Source: Promethearchaeia archaeon
GTDB lineage: Archaea; Asgardarchaeota; Lokiarchaeia; Sigyniarchaeales; SOKP01
Reading direction: 5' to 3'
Assembly: GCA_046483985.1 (NCBI GenBank)
Contig: JAWOCD010000039.1
Span: 45,054-109,053, forward strand
Length of the DNA stretch: 64,000 bases
In this document: positions 18,746 through 28,978 of the stretch, piece by piece
Position numbering within the stretch: the first letter of the stretch is position 1
Layout: the number at the start of each line of letters is the position of its first letter
Program-made: the position numbers and the translations under genes
The notes under the pieces: model-generated
What the model was told of the DNA's origin: nothing
The model's input: only the letters and a program-made list of their open reading frames with translations
Databases searched by the model: none

Positions 18746-20404
18746 CTAAATTCGAAATTTAAGGAGAGAATCAAAAAATCCCTCGGGTTTTTCATACCCA
18801 AGAAGATTGAGAATTGTTGCTGCGACATTTCCTAATGCTGGTTGTTCTATATCTTCTCTAATTATGTATTCCCCATCATATTTGGGATCAACGATTGAAA
18901 ACATCACGGGATTGCACGTATGGGACGTTTCCCATTCTGGAGACATATCTTCTAAATTGCCGTGATCTGCTGTGATTATTGAGACACCTCCCAATTCACT
19001 GACTTTTTCAACCACTTCCTTTACACATTCGTCAACCGTCTCTATTGCAATTTTGGAGGATTCAATGTTACCGGTATGCCCTACCATATCGCCGTTGGCA
19101 AAATTGACACGTAAAAAGGTAAATTCTTCACTATTTAATGCTTTTAAAACTTCGTCTTTTACTTCATATGCTTTCATTTTCGGATTCTCTTCTATCATCT
19201 CAGAAGGATCTGATTCGATCTCCACATATTTTTCATAATCTTTACATATATAGCCTTCATTATTTCCATTCCAGAAATAAGTTACATGACCATATTTATG
19301 AGTCTCAGCCGTTGCAAACTGCGAAACTTTTTCGGCACATAAATATTTAGTAATTGGGTCGTCGATTTTAGGAGGTTCAATAAAATATTTCTCAGGTATA
19401 TGTGCTTGTTTATCATATTCTAACAACCCATAATACTCTACGTTAGGATCACATTTCTTATCAAATGCGGAAAAGTTATCTTCGTCAAATGCTCGTGAGA
19501 TTTGAATTGCTCGGTCCCCTCGAAAATTGAAAAACAGAACTCCATCTCCATTCTCCATTTTCCCGATTGGAAACTTCGCTTCATTAACAATAACAAATGA
19601 GGGAAGATATTGGTCACTGATTTCGTCCTCTAATTGCCGGGCGCTAGTAATTGCTCGCTCTGCAGACTTAAAGTAACCTTTATAACCTGGATATTTTTCT
19701 GGTATTCCGCATACATGAGCCTCCCATCCTCGCTGGACGACATCCCAATCAGATTTATATCTATCCATGGTAACCCGCATTCTTCCTCCCCCGGATCCAA
19801 TCCGATAAGTATAACCGGTTTCGTCATTTATTTTTTTAAGCTCTTTTTCCAAAATATCAATATATTCTAAAGCAGATTGGGAAGGAACGTCTCTCCCATC
19901 TAGTAGTGGATGGACGAATAATCGTTCAATTTGGGAATTTTTGGCCCCGTGCAATAATCCAATCAGATGATCGATATGGCTGTGTACATATCCGTCTGAT
20001 AATAATCCGATATAATGGAGGGTTTTGTTGTTTTTATTAATCATATTTGTAAAATGTGTCCATTTTTTCATTTCAAAGAGTGATTTAGAAAAGATTGCTT
20101 CCTTTGCTAAAGTAGCCCTTTGTTTAATCATCCGACCTGAACCAAATGCATTGTGCCCTACTTCTGAGTTTCCCATTTCATTATCAGTGGGAAGTCCTAC
20201 AGCGGTTCCATGGGCTTTTAATTCAGTGTATAAATCTTTTTGAGGGGATTCTTGTTGGATTTTATCTATATAAGGCGTATCTGCCAGATAATAAGCATTA
20301 TACTCGTTTTGTGGACCTAAACCAACTCCATCCATGATAATAAATACAAGCGGCCCGCTTCTTCTTGAAAATTCATCGATTTTTGCAAGCTCGAGTTTCG
20401 ACAT
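18746..20404 (-). CDS. gpmI: 2,3-bisphosphoglycerate-independent phosphoglycerate mutase
   Basis: IMDGVG, MGNSEVGH, NFRGDRA, DMVGHTG, TADHGN. Confidence 0.95.
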   Translation of the reverse strand: MSKLELAKIDEFSRRSGPLVFIIMDGVGLGPQNEYNAYYLADTPYIDKIQQESPQKDLYTELKAHGTAVGLPTDNEMGNSEVGHNAFGSGRMIKQRATLAKEAIFSKSLFEMKKWTHFTNMINKNNKTLHYIGLLSDGYVHSHIDHLIGLLHGAKNSQIERLFVHPLLDGRDVPSQSALEYIDILEKELKKINDETGYTYRIGSGGGRMRVTMDRYKSDWDVVQRGWEAHVCGIPEKYPGYKGYFKSAERAITSARQLEDEISDQYLPSFVIVNEAKFPIGKMENGDGVLFFNFRGDRAIQISRAFDEDNFSAFDKKCDPNVEYYGLLEYDKQAHIPEKYFIEPPKIDDPITKYLCAEKVSQFATAETHKYGHVTYFWNGNNEGYICKDYEKYVEIESDPSEMIEENPKMKAYEVKDEVLKALNSEEFTFLRVNFANGDMVGHTGNIESSKIAIETVDECVKEVVEKVSELGGVSIITADHGNLEDMSPEWETSHTCNPVMFSIVDPKYDGEYIIREDIEQPALGNVAATILNLLGYEKPEGFFDSLLKFRI

Positions 20405-20509
20405 AGTTTAAAAATTTAGTATAAAATAATTGGTTAATAATTTATAAACAAGGTATAATTAAAAAGTTGCTTTTAATAAAAATAAAAGTAAGAATAACAT
20501 CGAAATTAA

Positions 20510-21178
20510 TTACTCCGAATTTGAGACAGATATTGCTTTCTTTTTTATGATGCCGGCAATTAATCCGACCACAGAAAGTGCCATAAACCCTATGAAGTAA
20601 TTTCCCATGGGAATCGTAAACAACCCTTCTAACCTTACTAATACTATCCCATTTTTATCCTCTATGGTTACTGAACTTTTTACGCCTTGAGTGTTATACT
20701 CCATCTCCAACGTATATTCAGATTTTCGTTTGATGATTTTATTTCCTCGTATTGTATATTCATTCGGTAAAATCTCACTTGCTTCTTCCAAATAATCCTC
20801 TGTTGGGGTGGGGATAAATATATTATCTGCATATTCTTCGGGTGATTTATCGAGAGAAAAAGTCTTGACTGTCCCATCTTTGGTAAAATCCGAGCCGTAA
20901 TCAAAAAACTCAGTAACTATATTCCAGCCATAACTGGTTTCAACGACATCTGTAACCCGTATTCTGATTTGATCACCCTCGTTAAAACCCGGATCTACTC
21001 CGAACACTTTCTCAAAATTGTGGAGATTAAACTCCTTGATTTCCCATGTGAATTGATCACCTTGACTAATATCTATCCCTTCGTTGGTTTGAGCATGGAC
21101 ATTTACAGTTAATAAGACTGTAAATAAATTTAGCATTAAAAACAAACAAAACAACGTTTTTCTGTGATGCTGTTTCAT
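20510..21178 (-). CDS. Secreted protein with C-terminal membrane anchor, function unknown
   Basis: Signal peptide ending VHA; C-terminal hydrophobic helix followed by KKK. Confidence 0.75.
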   Translation of the reverse strand: MKQHHRKTLFCLFLMLNLFTVLLTVNVHAQTNEGIDISQGDQFTWEIKEFNLHNFEKVFGVDPGFNEGDQIRIRVTDVVETSYGWNIVTEFFDYGSDFTKDGTVKTFSLDKSPEEYADNIFIPTPTEDYLEEASEILPNEYTIRGNKIIKRKSEYTLEMEYNTQGVKSSVTIEDKNGIVLVRLEGLFTIPMGNYFIGFMALSVVGLIAGIIKKKAISVSNSE

Positions 21179-21274
21179 TTCTATTTGCTTTTATTTCTAA
21201 TTGACTAGGTTTTATAATTGTTTAGTATTATTATTTTTTATTTTTTCTCCTTAAAAGAAGTTTTTTATCATTAA

Positions 21275-21701
21275 ATGCAAAAGAATACCCCGTCCTTTAG
21301 GGCGAGGATGAATTTTTCCCTAATTTTAGCTTGAGAACCGCATTAACGAAAAGATTTAAATAATGGAAACACTATATACTATGTATGTTTCCGATTAATC
21401 CTTTAGAATTGAAACCAAATAAACAACAACATCGGATTCAAAAGATTAAGCTGGTCAGAAGTGGTGCTCTCTGGAGCTTATCTAATTATTACAGAAGACA
21501 ATCCTTTTTCGATAAGGATAAAGAAGTTTCATTCCATAAAGAGCAATATTACGACTTAAAATACCACGAACTCTATAAAGAGTTAGGCTCTTCGTATTCT
21601 CAACAAATATTTAGAAAATTGGACAAATCGTGCAGGGGTAGGGAATGCGGATATCGAAATGACCGAGATGAATCTCATGCCTTTAGGCGTGTGTGGTTCA
21701 A
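21275..21701 (+). mobile_element. Internally deleted IS200/IS605-family element carrying a mini tnpB remnant
   Basis: Left hairpin CCCGTCCTTTAGGGCGAGG, right hairpin CATGCCTTTAGGCGTG ending GGTTCAA; ORF 21385..21705 joins the TnpB N-terminus (LKP..LW..NYYRRQ.FF..LGS..SQQ..RK) directly to the C-terminal CG...DRD. Confidence 0.85.
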
Positions 21702-21769
21702 GTGACTTCCTCATATCTCTATATTAAAAAACATTTAAATTAAAATTAAAAAATCTCAAATTGATATAA

Positions 21770-23179
21770 ATGAAAAACAAAAAAATTGCATTCTTATCGG
21801 CTTGTGAAATGCGTACCAAAATCAAGAATCAAGAATTAAGTTCCCAAGAGATTACAGAAGTAATTATCAACCAGATTCAAGAGAAAAACCCCGTCATCAA
21901 TGCCTTTTGTACTTCCACATTTGAATTAGCCCGAATCATGGCAAAGGAATCAGATCTTAAGATAAAACATGGAAAAGACCTTGGAGTTTTAGAAGGGATA
22001 CCTATTTCAATTAAGGACGGAATGGAAACAAGAGACATTAGGACAACTTTTGGGTGCAAGATTTATGAAAATTATATTCCGAAAGAGGATGAGATTGCGG
22101 TACAGCGTATTAAAAATGAAGGGGGTGTCATCTTAGGAAAGACAAATACTCCCGCCTTTGGGTTTCAGCCTGTGACCGATAATTTAATATTTGGACAAAC
22201 GAAAAATCCGTGGAATTTAGAAAAAACCCCAGGGGGTTCCAGCGGTGGGGCAGCTGCACAAATCGCTTCTGGGATGGGCCCCTTGGCATTAGGATCGGAT
22301 GGGGGCGGGTCCATCCGTCTTCCCAGTAGTTTATGCGGGATTTTTGGGTTTAAACCGACATTCGGCAGGATACCTCGCTATCCGCCACACGGAGTTACAT
22401 GGGATACATTAGATCATTACGGTCCGTTAGTACGTTATGTCGAAGATGCTGCCCTCATGATGGATGCACTTGCGGGTTACTTCCCGGGAGATAGACATTC
22501 AATTCGGAGTCAAACGGAGAGTTATTTGGACTCCTTAACTGAGAAACCCCCTAATTTAAGAATCGGCACTTCGATGGACCTTGGGTTTGTGAAGGCACTC
22601 GATCCCGAAATTGAAGAAACGGTTCTATCCTCCGCCCAAAAATTCACTCAGTTTGGATGGGATGTAAATGCCGTGAAGCTGAAGCTTCACAGAGCCGAAC
22701 TCTGTTTTAACACATTGGTCACCTCTGGGTTTGCCTATGATCTTAATTTAAAGAAACATGAGGATATTTTGGATGAGAATTTGGTTAAAATGATAAAAGC
22801 CGGACAAACCTATTCTGGAACGGATGTAAAACGAGCGGAGGCGCAGAGGCAGAAGATTTTTGAAGAGGTTGCTAAGGTATTTCAAGAAATCGATATTTTG
22901 ATCACACCTACCACGGCATGTACAGCTTTTGACTTAGGGATGATGTATCCTCCGAAAATAAACGGAAGGGGAGTCTCCCCCGTGGGATGGATGTCCTTTA
23001 CCTTTCCGTTCAACCTTACTGGGAATCCAGCCGCGACTATTCCATGTGGGTTTTCTGAAGACGGACTGCCCATTGGAATGCAACTCATCGGAAACCGGTA
23101 TGCAGATCGATTCGTATTACAAGTGTCGAAAGCTTTTCAAGACATCGCCCCTTGGCAGGAGAAAAAACCCAACTTTTAA
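21770..23179 (+). CDS. Amidase signature family protein (GatA-like amidase)
   Basis: GIPISIKD, GKTNTP, GGSSGG, GSDGGGSIRLP. Confidence 0.93.
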   Translation: MKNKKIAFLSACEMRTKIKNQELSSQEITEVIINQIQEKNPVINAFCTSTFELARIMAKESDLKIKHGKDLGVLEGIPISIKDGMETRDIRTTFGCKIYENYIPKEDEIAVQRIKNEGGVILGKTNTPAFGFQPVTDNLIFGQTKNPWNLEKTPGGSSGGAAAQIASGMGPLALGSDGGGSIRLPSSLCGIFGFKPTFGRIPRYPPHGVTWDTLDHYGPLVRYVEDAALMMDALAGYFPGDRHSIRSQTESYLDSLTEKPPNLRIGTSMDLGFVKALDPEIEETVLSSAQKFTQFGWDVNAVKLKLHRAELCFNTLVTSGFAYDLNLKKHEDILDENLVKMIKAGQTYSGTDVKRAEAQRQKIFEEVAKVFQEIDILITPTTACTAFDLGMMYPPKINGRGVSPVGWMSFTFPFNLTGNPAATIPCGFSEDGLPIGMQLIGNRYADRFVLQVSKAFQDIAPWQEKKPNF

Positions 23180-23315
23180 TTATTACAAAATGCAGCTTCT
23201 GTTTTTCTTCTCTTCTTTAATAAAAAATAAAAAATATCTTTAAAAGCAAACCTTTCCCAACACAAATTAATTACCATATAAATTCAATAATATATTTAAA
23301 GTGTTGAAAAATAAT

Positions 23316-23978
23316 ATGAGCAAAGAAGAAAGAACAATTGGGATACCATTAATAGGTGATGAGTTCCCAACCATGAAAGTGAAGACGACACACGGGGATA
23401 TGTTCTTACCGGATGACATGACCGAGAATGGAAACAAATGGTTTATCTTGTTCAGCCATCCCGGTGATTTTACACCTGTTTGCACCACCGAATTTTATGC
23501 GTTTTCCACCCGATATGAAAAATTTCAAGAACTGAATTGCAATCTTATTGGTCTCTCTATCGATCAAGTCTTTGCACATATAAAGTGGGCAGAGTGGATA
23601 GAAGATAATCTCGATCAAAAGGTTCCTTTTCCAATCATTGCCGATCATGGTGAAGTAGGAAAAAAATTAGGCATGATTCATCCGGGACAAGGCGCAAGTA
23701 CCGTGAGGGCTGTATTTTTAGTTGATCCAAAGGGCGTAATTCGCATTATCCTCTATTATCCCAAAGAATTGGGAAGAAATTTGGATGAAATCGAGAGAAT
23801 CGTCAAGGCAATGCAGATTGCTGACGAGGAGTCCGTAGCAATGCCGGCGGATTGGCCAAATAACCAGTTAATAGGTGATGAGGTTATTCTCCATCCTGCA
23901 AGTGATGTGAAAGCCGCCGAAGAACGAAAAGGGAAGGAAGGCTGTTACGATTGGTGGTTCTGCCACAAAAAAATCTAG
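23316..23978 (+). CDS. Peroxiredoxin (Prx6 / archaeal thioredoxin peroxidase)
   Basis: [20 protein letters not shown]-terminal CYDWWFC. Confidence 0.95.
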   Translation: MSKEERTIGIPLIGDEFPTMKVKTTHGDMFLPDDMTENGNKWFILFSHPGDFTPVCTTEFYAFSTRYEKFQELNCNLIGLSIDQVFAHIKWAEWIEDNLDQKVPFPIIADHGEVGKKLGMIHPGQGASTVRAVFLVDPKGVIRIILYYPKELGRNLDEIERIVKAMQIADEESVAMPADWPNNQLIGDEVILHPASDVKAAEERKGKEGCYDWWFCHKKI

Positions 23979-24083
23979 AATATTAAATTTTAAGAAGTTA
24001 ATTATTTTTTTTCTTTATTACATTAAAGACCTAAGAGAAGGGGCGGACATTATTCTATTTTATTTTATTCCTTTACGGGAGAT

Positions 24084-25172
24084 CTAAAAGGTCTTCTTAT
24101 TTGTTGTAGTGATATAACAAGAATCGCCGATGGTAATATTATTTTTGATTAAATCCTCCAAGATGGAATAATCTCCGATAATACTTTCATTTGCAATAAT
24201 TTTCTTGAGCTGTGCTCCATCTCCCACCACGGATTCCGTAAGAATACACTTTTTAATGGTAACATCATTCCCAATGGAAACATTGGGTCCAATGATGGAA
24301 TCAACTATCTTTACATTACTTCCTAAAGCGACTGGGGGCACGATTCGCGAATCTACGATATTTCCATCCTTAAATAACTGTTCGTAAAGGGGGTCGGATA
24401 GTTTAAGATCTGCTAAAAGGTGACGGTGCCCATCGAGAAGGCTATCTGGTCTTCCAACGTCTAAAACCTCATCTTTCATTTCATTTACTTTTAACTTAAA
24501 TCCTTCCTTAATTAATTGCTCTATCACTGGAGTGAGTTGATGCTCTTCTCCGTTTTCCAACTCGATTTTACTCTGCTCTTCTAACAGTTCAAATAATCTT
24601 CCAGACATACTCTCTCCGAATAGATAAGCTCCGGAAACCGCATAATTTGATTTGGGATGTTGAGGTTTTTCTTGTATTTCTTTAATATATCCTTGTTCGT
24701 CCAAGACGGTTACCCCGTAAAACTGAGGGTTGTTAACTTCTTTCACATTGATTATTCCATCGCATTCTTTTTGATGGTAATTGAGCAAAATGGAACTGTA
24801 TTCTTCCATAGGAAGCCGATCACTCAAAAATATAAAGCAATCATCGTGTTCGGCGAATTCACGGGCAAGTAAAATCGCATCTCCGAGGCCAGAAAAATAG
24901 GGTGTTTCATTATCGTATCCTCGGGGCTTTTGTTCCCGAAATTGCATATTAAAGTAATCGCTGTAGTGTTCAATAAGATATTCGGTAATTTGCCGTTTTT
25001 TATACCCGACAATAAATACGATATTGGTTCCTTCTGGAAAGGTTTTTTTCAATTTTTCCAAGATATGATCAATTAACTTCTTTCCTGCAACTTTTATAAA
25101 GGCCTTCGGTTTAGAAAAGGTAAACGGCATCAAACGGGTACCTACTCCCGCAATCGGACAAATTAACCACAT
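24084..25172 (-). CDS. Sugar-phosphate nucleotidyltransferase with C-terminal left-handed beta-helix
   Basis: AGVGTRLMPFTFSKPK, EKP, DVG, hexapeptide repeats. Confidence 0.9.
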   Translation of the reverse strand: MWLICPIAGVGTRLMPFTFSKPKAFIKVAGKKLIDHILEKLKKTFPEGTNIVFIVGYKKRQITEYLIEHYSDYFNMQFREQKPRGYDNETPYFSGLGDAILLAREFAEHDDCFIFLSDRLPMEEYSSILLNYHQKECDGIINVKEVNNPQFYGVTVLDEQGYIKEIQEKPQHPKSNYAVSGAYLFGESMSGRLFELLEEQSKIELENGEEHQLTPVIEQLIKEGFKLKVNEMKDEVLDVGRPDSLLDGHRHLLADLKLSDPLYEQLFKDGNIVDSRIVPPVALGSNVKIVDSIIGPNVSIGNDVTIKKCILTESVVGDGAQLKKIIANESIIGDYSILEDLIKNNITIGDSCYITTTNKKTF

Positions 25173-25333
25173 ATTATTATTGAGTAAACTTTTAAGGGTT
25201 TATCTAAGTGTAATGATATTGTATAGATCGATTTAATGTTTAATTCCTTTTTGATTTTTCTAAAGGCAATTATGAAGACTTTCCAAATTCTTAATTAATA
25301 CTATAGTTTTTTGTAATAATAATTTTTATTGAT

Positions 25334-25416
25334 AATATCCATGGTCCTTTAGGGGGAGGATGATTTTTGCCCTAATTTTAGCCTAAGAAAAGTATTAACC
25401 AAAAAATTTAAATAAC
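25334..25416 (+). mobile_element. Solo left end of the IS200/IS605 element found at 21.3 kb
   Basis: GTCCTTTAGGGGGAGGATGATTTTTGCCCTAATTTTAGC..ATTAACCAAAAAATTTAAATAA aligns with 21292-21363. Confidence 0.8.
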
Positions 25417-25453
25417 AAAATATATCTCCAAAATGGATCTACTAAATCGGAGA

Positions 25454-26011
25454 TTAGAATACCTCTATTATCTCTTTTAACATCTTATAATATTTGGCTT
25501 CTTTAAGCTTTTCGCGAATAATTTTCTTCAATTTTCTTAGATAATAATTGTCTGAGCTATTTCTCTTTCTTCCGTGAAGTTTTTTGGTAACCGCGATTCT
25601 GATTTTCTCTTCAACGAAATCTGGTGGAATAAGCTTAAAATCTTCTTTCAATTGTGCTTTTCTCTCTTTCAAGCCATCTTCAATCATCCTCTCCGAGGGC
25701 TCTTGCATTTTGTTATACAAGTTCTTTATCCATATCTGGAGTTTATCGATATCGCCTTTGAGATATGTTCTCTGATTGAGCCATTCCTTAAATCCCGCTA
25801 CGTAATTCAAAAACTCATCATCGTATTCTGTTTGGCCCGTTTTCTTACCACCTTTTTGAGGGGCAGGTGATTGATGATGTATTATTTCCCGGATCTTTTT
25901 TAGTTTTGCCTTCTTTAAAACTTCTTCATCCTTATCTTGGCGTTCTATCTTATCTTTTTTAGCATTTTTGCTTTTTTCCTTTTCTTCTTTAATCCATTTG
26001 TCGATTCCCAT
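25454..26011 (-). CDS. Hypothetical basic helical protein
   Basis: 185-aa ORF with coding-like composition; no motif recognised. Confidence 0.7.
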   Translation of the reverse strand: MGIDKWIKEEKEKSKNAKKDKIERQDKDEEVLKKAKLKKIREIIHHQSPAPQKGGKKTGQTEYDDEFLNYVAGFKEWLNQRTYLKGDIDKLQIWIKNLYNKMQEPSERMIEDGLKERKAQLKEDFKLIPPDFVEEKIRIAVTKKLHGRKRNSSDNYYLRKLKKIIREKLKEAKYYKMLKEIIEVF

Positions 26012-26140
26012 TTTTCATTTTTTTGAATGTTAGCTAAATCATTTAATTTTTTATTATGGATTTAACAATTTTCTTGCCGTTCTTCATAACTTTTTGTTTT
26101 TAATAAACATAATTTAATAATTTTAAATTCTATACTATTC

Positions 26141-26917
26141 TTGAGCATGAAAGAAGCAATTATATTTGATTTTGGATTTACTTTATTCTATTTTGAAAAT
26201 GCTTCCCTTGAGAAATATTTGAATTGCTTTCGTGAGGGCTTAGAAGAGGTGTTATCCTTTTTAAAAATGCACAATATATTAGCATCGGAAAAAGCAGAAG
26301 AAAAATTTCGTGTTCTCTTTACTTCATCTCGTAAACGATATTTTTCTCTTATAGAGAAAACAAATAGAGAATATAGAACTTCAGATCTCATTTCTCTTGT
26401 CTTAAAAAAATTAATTGACCTTCAACTAATTGAAATTTCGCTCGATTCGGTCGACCAATTAACGGCTAAATTGGCGAATATTTTTCATTCATATGAAGCA
26501 AAAGCGTGGCATCCATATGAAAACACCAGAGAAACTCTCGAGGAAATTAAGGAAAAGCATAATATAAAACTCGCTGTGTTATCTAATCACCCCCATCATG
26601 AAATGATTTATAATTTAATGGCACACTATAATTTACTCCATTATTTTGATGTAGTTATTACATCAGCCAAAGTGGGGTTTAGAAAACCTCACCAAAAGAT
26701 TTTTTATTTTACTCTTAACCAATTGGACCTCTCTAAGAAGACTAAATCTTGTGCAATCTGTGGAGATGAATATGCAGATATCGTAGGAGGAAGAAGGGTG
26801 GGATTAGAAACCATTCTATATGAAAGAACCTATAAATTTCCTGTTGAAAAAGAGATCAAAGGAACGAATTATATTCTAATTAAGGATATTTCTGAAATCT
26901 TAGACCACCTAAATTGA
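26141..26917 (+). CDS. HAD-superfamily hydrolase
   Basis: IFDFGFTL, LSN, RKP, GDE..D. Confidence 0.88.
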   Translation: MSMKEAIIFDFGFTLFYFENASLEKYLNCFREGLEEVLSFLKMHNILASEKAEEKFRVLFTSSRKRYFSLIEKTNREYRTSDLISLVLKKLIDLQLIEISLDSVDQLTAKLANIFHSYEAKAWHPYENTRETLEEIKEKHNIKLAVLSNHPHHEMIYNLMAHYNLLHYFDVVITSAKVGFRKPHQKIFYFTLNQLDLSKKTKSCAICGDEYADIVGGRRVGLETILYERTYKFPVEKEIKGTNYILIKDISEILDHLN

Positions 26918-26953
26918 ATTCCTTGTTCTATTTATTGAGGATTTTGATAAAAG

Positions 26954-27057
26954 TGGTCTGGGGGGGATTTGAACCCTCGATCTCCAGTAAGAAATGCTCC
27001 CATTTCTTAAATCTGGCTCCGCAAGCCAGCGCCCTATCCATACTGGACTACCAGACC
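26954..27057 (-). tRNA. tRNA-Arg(GCG) with 29-nt intron at non-canonical position 45/46 (26982..27010)
   Basis: GGTCTGG/CCAGACC acceptor, CTGGC-TTGCGGA-GCCAG anticodon arm, GGTTCAAATCC T loop; hairpin insert with BHB-like bulges in the variable loop. Confidence 0.9.
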
Positions 27058-27136
27058 AATATTTTCAAATTAAATAACCTAAATGGAGTAATATTAAAAG
27101 AAAAAAATAGTTTTTCTTTTATCAAAAAAGCAAATG

Positions 27137-27403
27137 AAAACTCTCATCCTTAGGATGGAGATGAATTTTGCTTTAAAATCACTAAATATCTTAGGACCAT
27201 TTTTTGAAATAGGTCAATATCTCACTTATAATTATGTTTTGGACTAATACCTTAGAATTGAAACCTATGAACCAATAACAATGGATTCTCAAAGAACTCT
27301 AAGTTCGGAGTAGTGCTATTGGACCTGGGCTAACTATTACAGAAGACAAGCCTTTTTTGAAAAAAATAAAGAAGGGCCATCCTATATAGAGCAATATCAC
27401 TAA
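27137..27403 (+). mobile_element. Second degraded IS200/IS605 relic (left-end hairpin plus tnpB 5' pseudogene)
   Basis: Hairpin CTCTCATCC-TTA-GGATGGAG then ATGAATTTT; 27234-27403 aligns with 21385-21560 (MFWTNTLELKP..NYYRRQAFF) with stops and a frameshift. Confidence 0.8.
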
Positions 27404-27565
27404 AATTGATATGTGTCATAGCAAAGTTAACCCTACTGATGAAACCTTTCTCTACTCTGAATGTATATACTTCGTAATTATAAAAAGAAACAGGAAATTA
27501 TCTACTTTAAATAGGATTCATTTAGGAAATTTAGAAGAATAAACATTTATGAATAGTGATTTATC

Positions 27566-28231
27566 ATGTTTGAACAATATCTGGTTATATTTGACATGGA
27601 TGGTGTGCTTGCCGATACGGGTCCCATCCATTTTGAGAGTTGGAAAAAAATGGCGAAAGAACAAGGTGCAGAATTCACAAAAGACTTTTTTGAGGAGACA
27701 TTCGGGCAACAAGCGGTCACTATTACGAGAAAATTATTAGGTGATGATTATAGTGACGATGAAATCGAGCGATTAGCAGACTTAAAAGAACAATATTACC
27801 GGGACATGGTTCGAGGGGAATTGGAGCCCTTAGCTGGCGTGATGGACCTTATTAAACAACTCGATCAAAAAGGTGTGAATTTAGGGGTAGGTTCCAGCGG
27901 AGCTGAAGCCAATGTTGATTTACTTTTAACGACCCTCAACATCAAAGACTATTTTGATGTGATCGTTACGGCAGAGGATGTGGAGGAGGGAAAACCCGAG
28001 CCGGGTGTATTTCTTAAAGCAGCTCGAGAAGTTTCCGTAGCACCGCGTAATACGATAGTTATAGAGGATGCACCGGTTGGAATTGAAGCCGCACGGAGGG
28101 CTGGAATGAAGACTATCGCCTTGATGACAACGCATAATCGGAAAAATCTCATCGAAGCCGATTTAATTGTGGAGAACCTGAAATATATCGATATTGAGGA
28201 TATTCTTGAATTAGTAAATTTGGATATTTGA
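27566..28231 (+). CDS. HAD-superfamily phosphatase (beta-phosphoglucomutase-like)
   Basis: FDMDGVLAD, GKPEP, IEDAPVG. Confidence 0.92.
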   Translation: MFEQYLVIFDMDGVLADTGPIHFESWKKMAKEQGAEFTKDFFEETFGQQAVTITRKLLGDDYSDDEIERLADLKEQYYRDMVRGELEPLAGVMDLIKQLDQKGVNLGVGSSGAEANVDLLLTTLNIKDYFDVIVTAEDVEEGKPEPGVFLKAAREVSVAPRNTIVIEDAPVGIEAARRAGMKTIALMTTHNRKNLIEADLIVENLKYIDIEDILELVNLDI

Positions 28232-28274
28232 CCGATCATTAACTTAAAATAAAATAATTAACTCAAGAGAACGG

Positions 28275-28955
28275 ATGGAAATGACGCTTATATTTCTGTG
28301 TTTGGGAAATTCACTCACAGCGGGTTATCCAGGATTTTCACCGAGCGAAGATGGTATTTCGGCAGGCTCCGGAAATGTGCGTTCCCAATACGAATTCTGG
28401 CTGAAAAAATATTGTTTGGATTATTTGGAGAAAAATTTAGGATCTCTGGATGACGAGCTTATCGAGGGGCTAATATTTATTAACAAAGGAGTACCAGGTG
28501 AGTTGACGGGCCAGTTTTTATCCCGTGTAGATTCGGATCTTATAAACCTCGAACCAGAGCCAGATTATTCCATTATACTTGGAGGGACCAACGATTTAGG
28601 CTGGGGAATTTCGTTAGAGAACATTTTACAGAATGTTCAAGATCTGCATGATATCTCACGACAGCAACGTATCCCTTCAATGGGAGGAACAATCCCGCCG
28701 ATCCTTGATGATATATCCAGTCCCGATTACCACTCCCGGAAAATGGAAATGAATGAGTTACTAACCTCTTATTACGAAAAAAATGATATTCCGTTCGCGG
28801 ATTTATACCACGGAATGGCCGATGAGGAGGGAAATTTAAAAGAAGAATATGCTTATGCGGATGGACTCCATTTTTCTGTGGAAGGCTATAAGCAAATGGG
28901 AAAGGTTATCTTTAAGGATTTAATCAAGGATCTCCTTCCAAAAGAATATTTCTAA
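28275..28955 (+). CDS. SGNH/GDSL hydrolase
   Basis: LGNSLTAG, NKGVPG, GGTND, DGLH blocks. Confidence 0.9.
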   Translation: MEMTLIFLCLGNSLTAGYPGFSPSEDGISAGSGNVRSQYEFWLKKYCLDYLEKNLGSLDDELIEGLIFINKGVPGELTGQFLSRVDSDLINLEPEPDYSIILGGTNDLGWGISLENILQNVQDLHDISRQQRIPSMGGTIPPILDDISSPDYHSRKMEMNELLTSYYEKNDIPFADLYHGMADEEGNLKEEYAYADGLHFSVEGYKQMGKVIFKDLIKDLLPKEYF

Positions 28956-28978
28956 TATCTTGTTTATTTCCGTTCCGT

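Noticed and set aside
21770-23179. Calling the amidase gatA
   Set aside because: No gatB/gatC nearby and no GatA-specific motif recognised; left as a generic amidase.
26982-27010. Reading the tRNA insert as a long variable arm (tRNA-Sec/Ser/Leu type)
   Set aside because: The anticodon is GCG, the acceptor stem is 7 bp, and BHB-type removal restores a standard tRNA.
26914-27153. 79-aa ORF
   Set aside because: Runs antisense across the tRNA-Arg gene.
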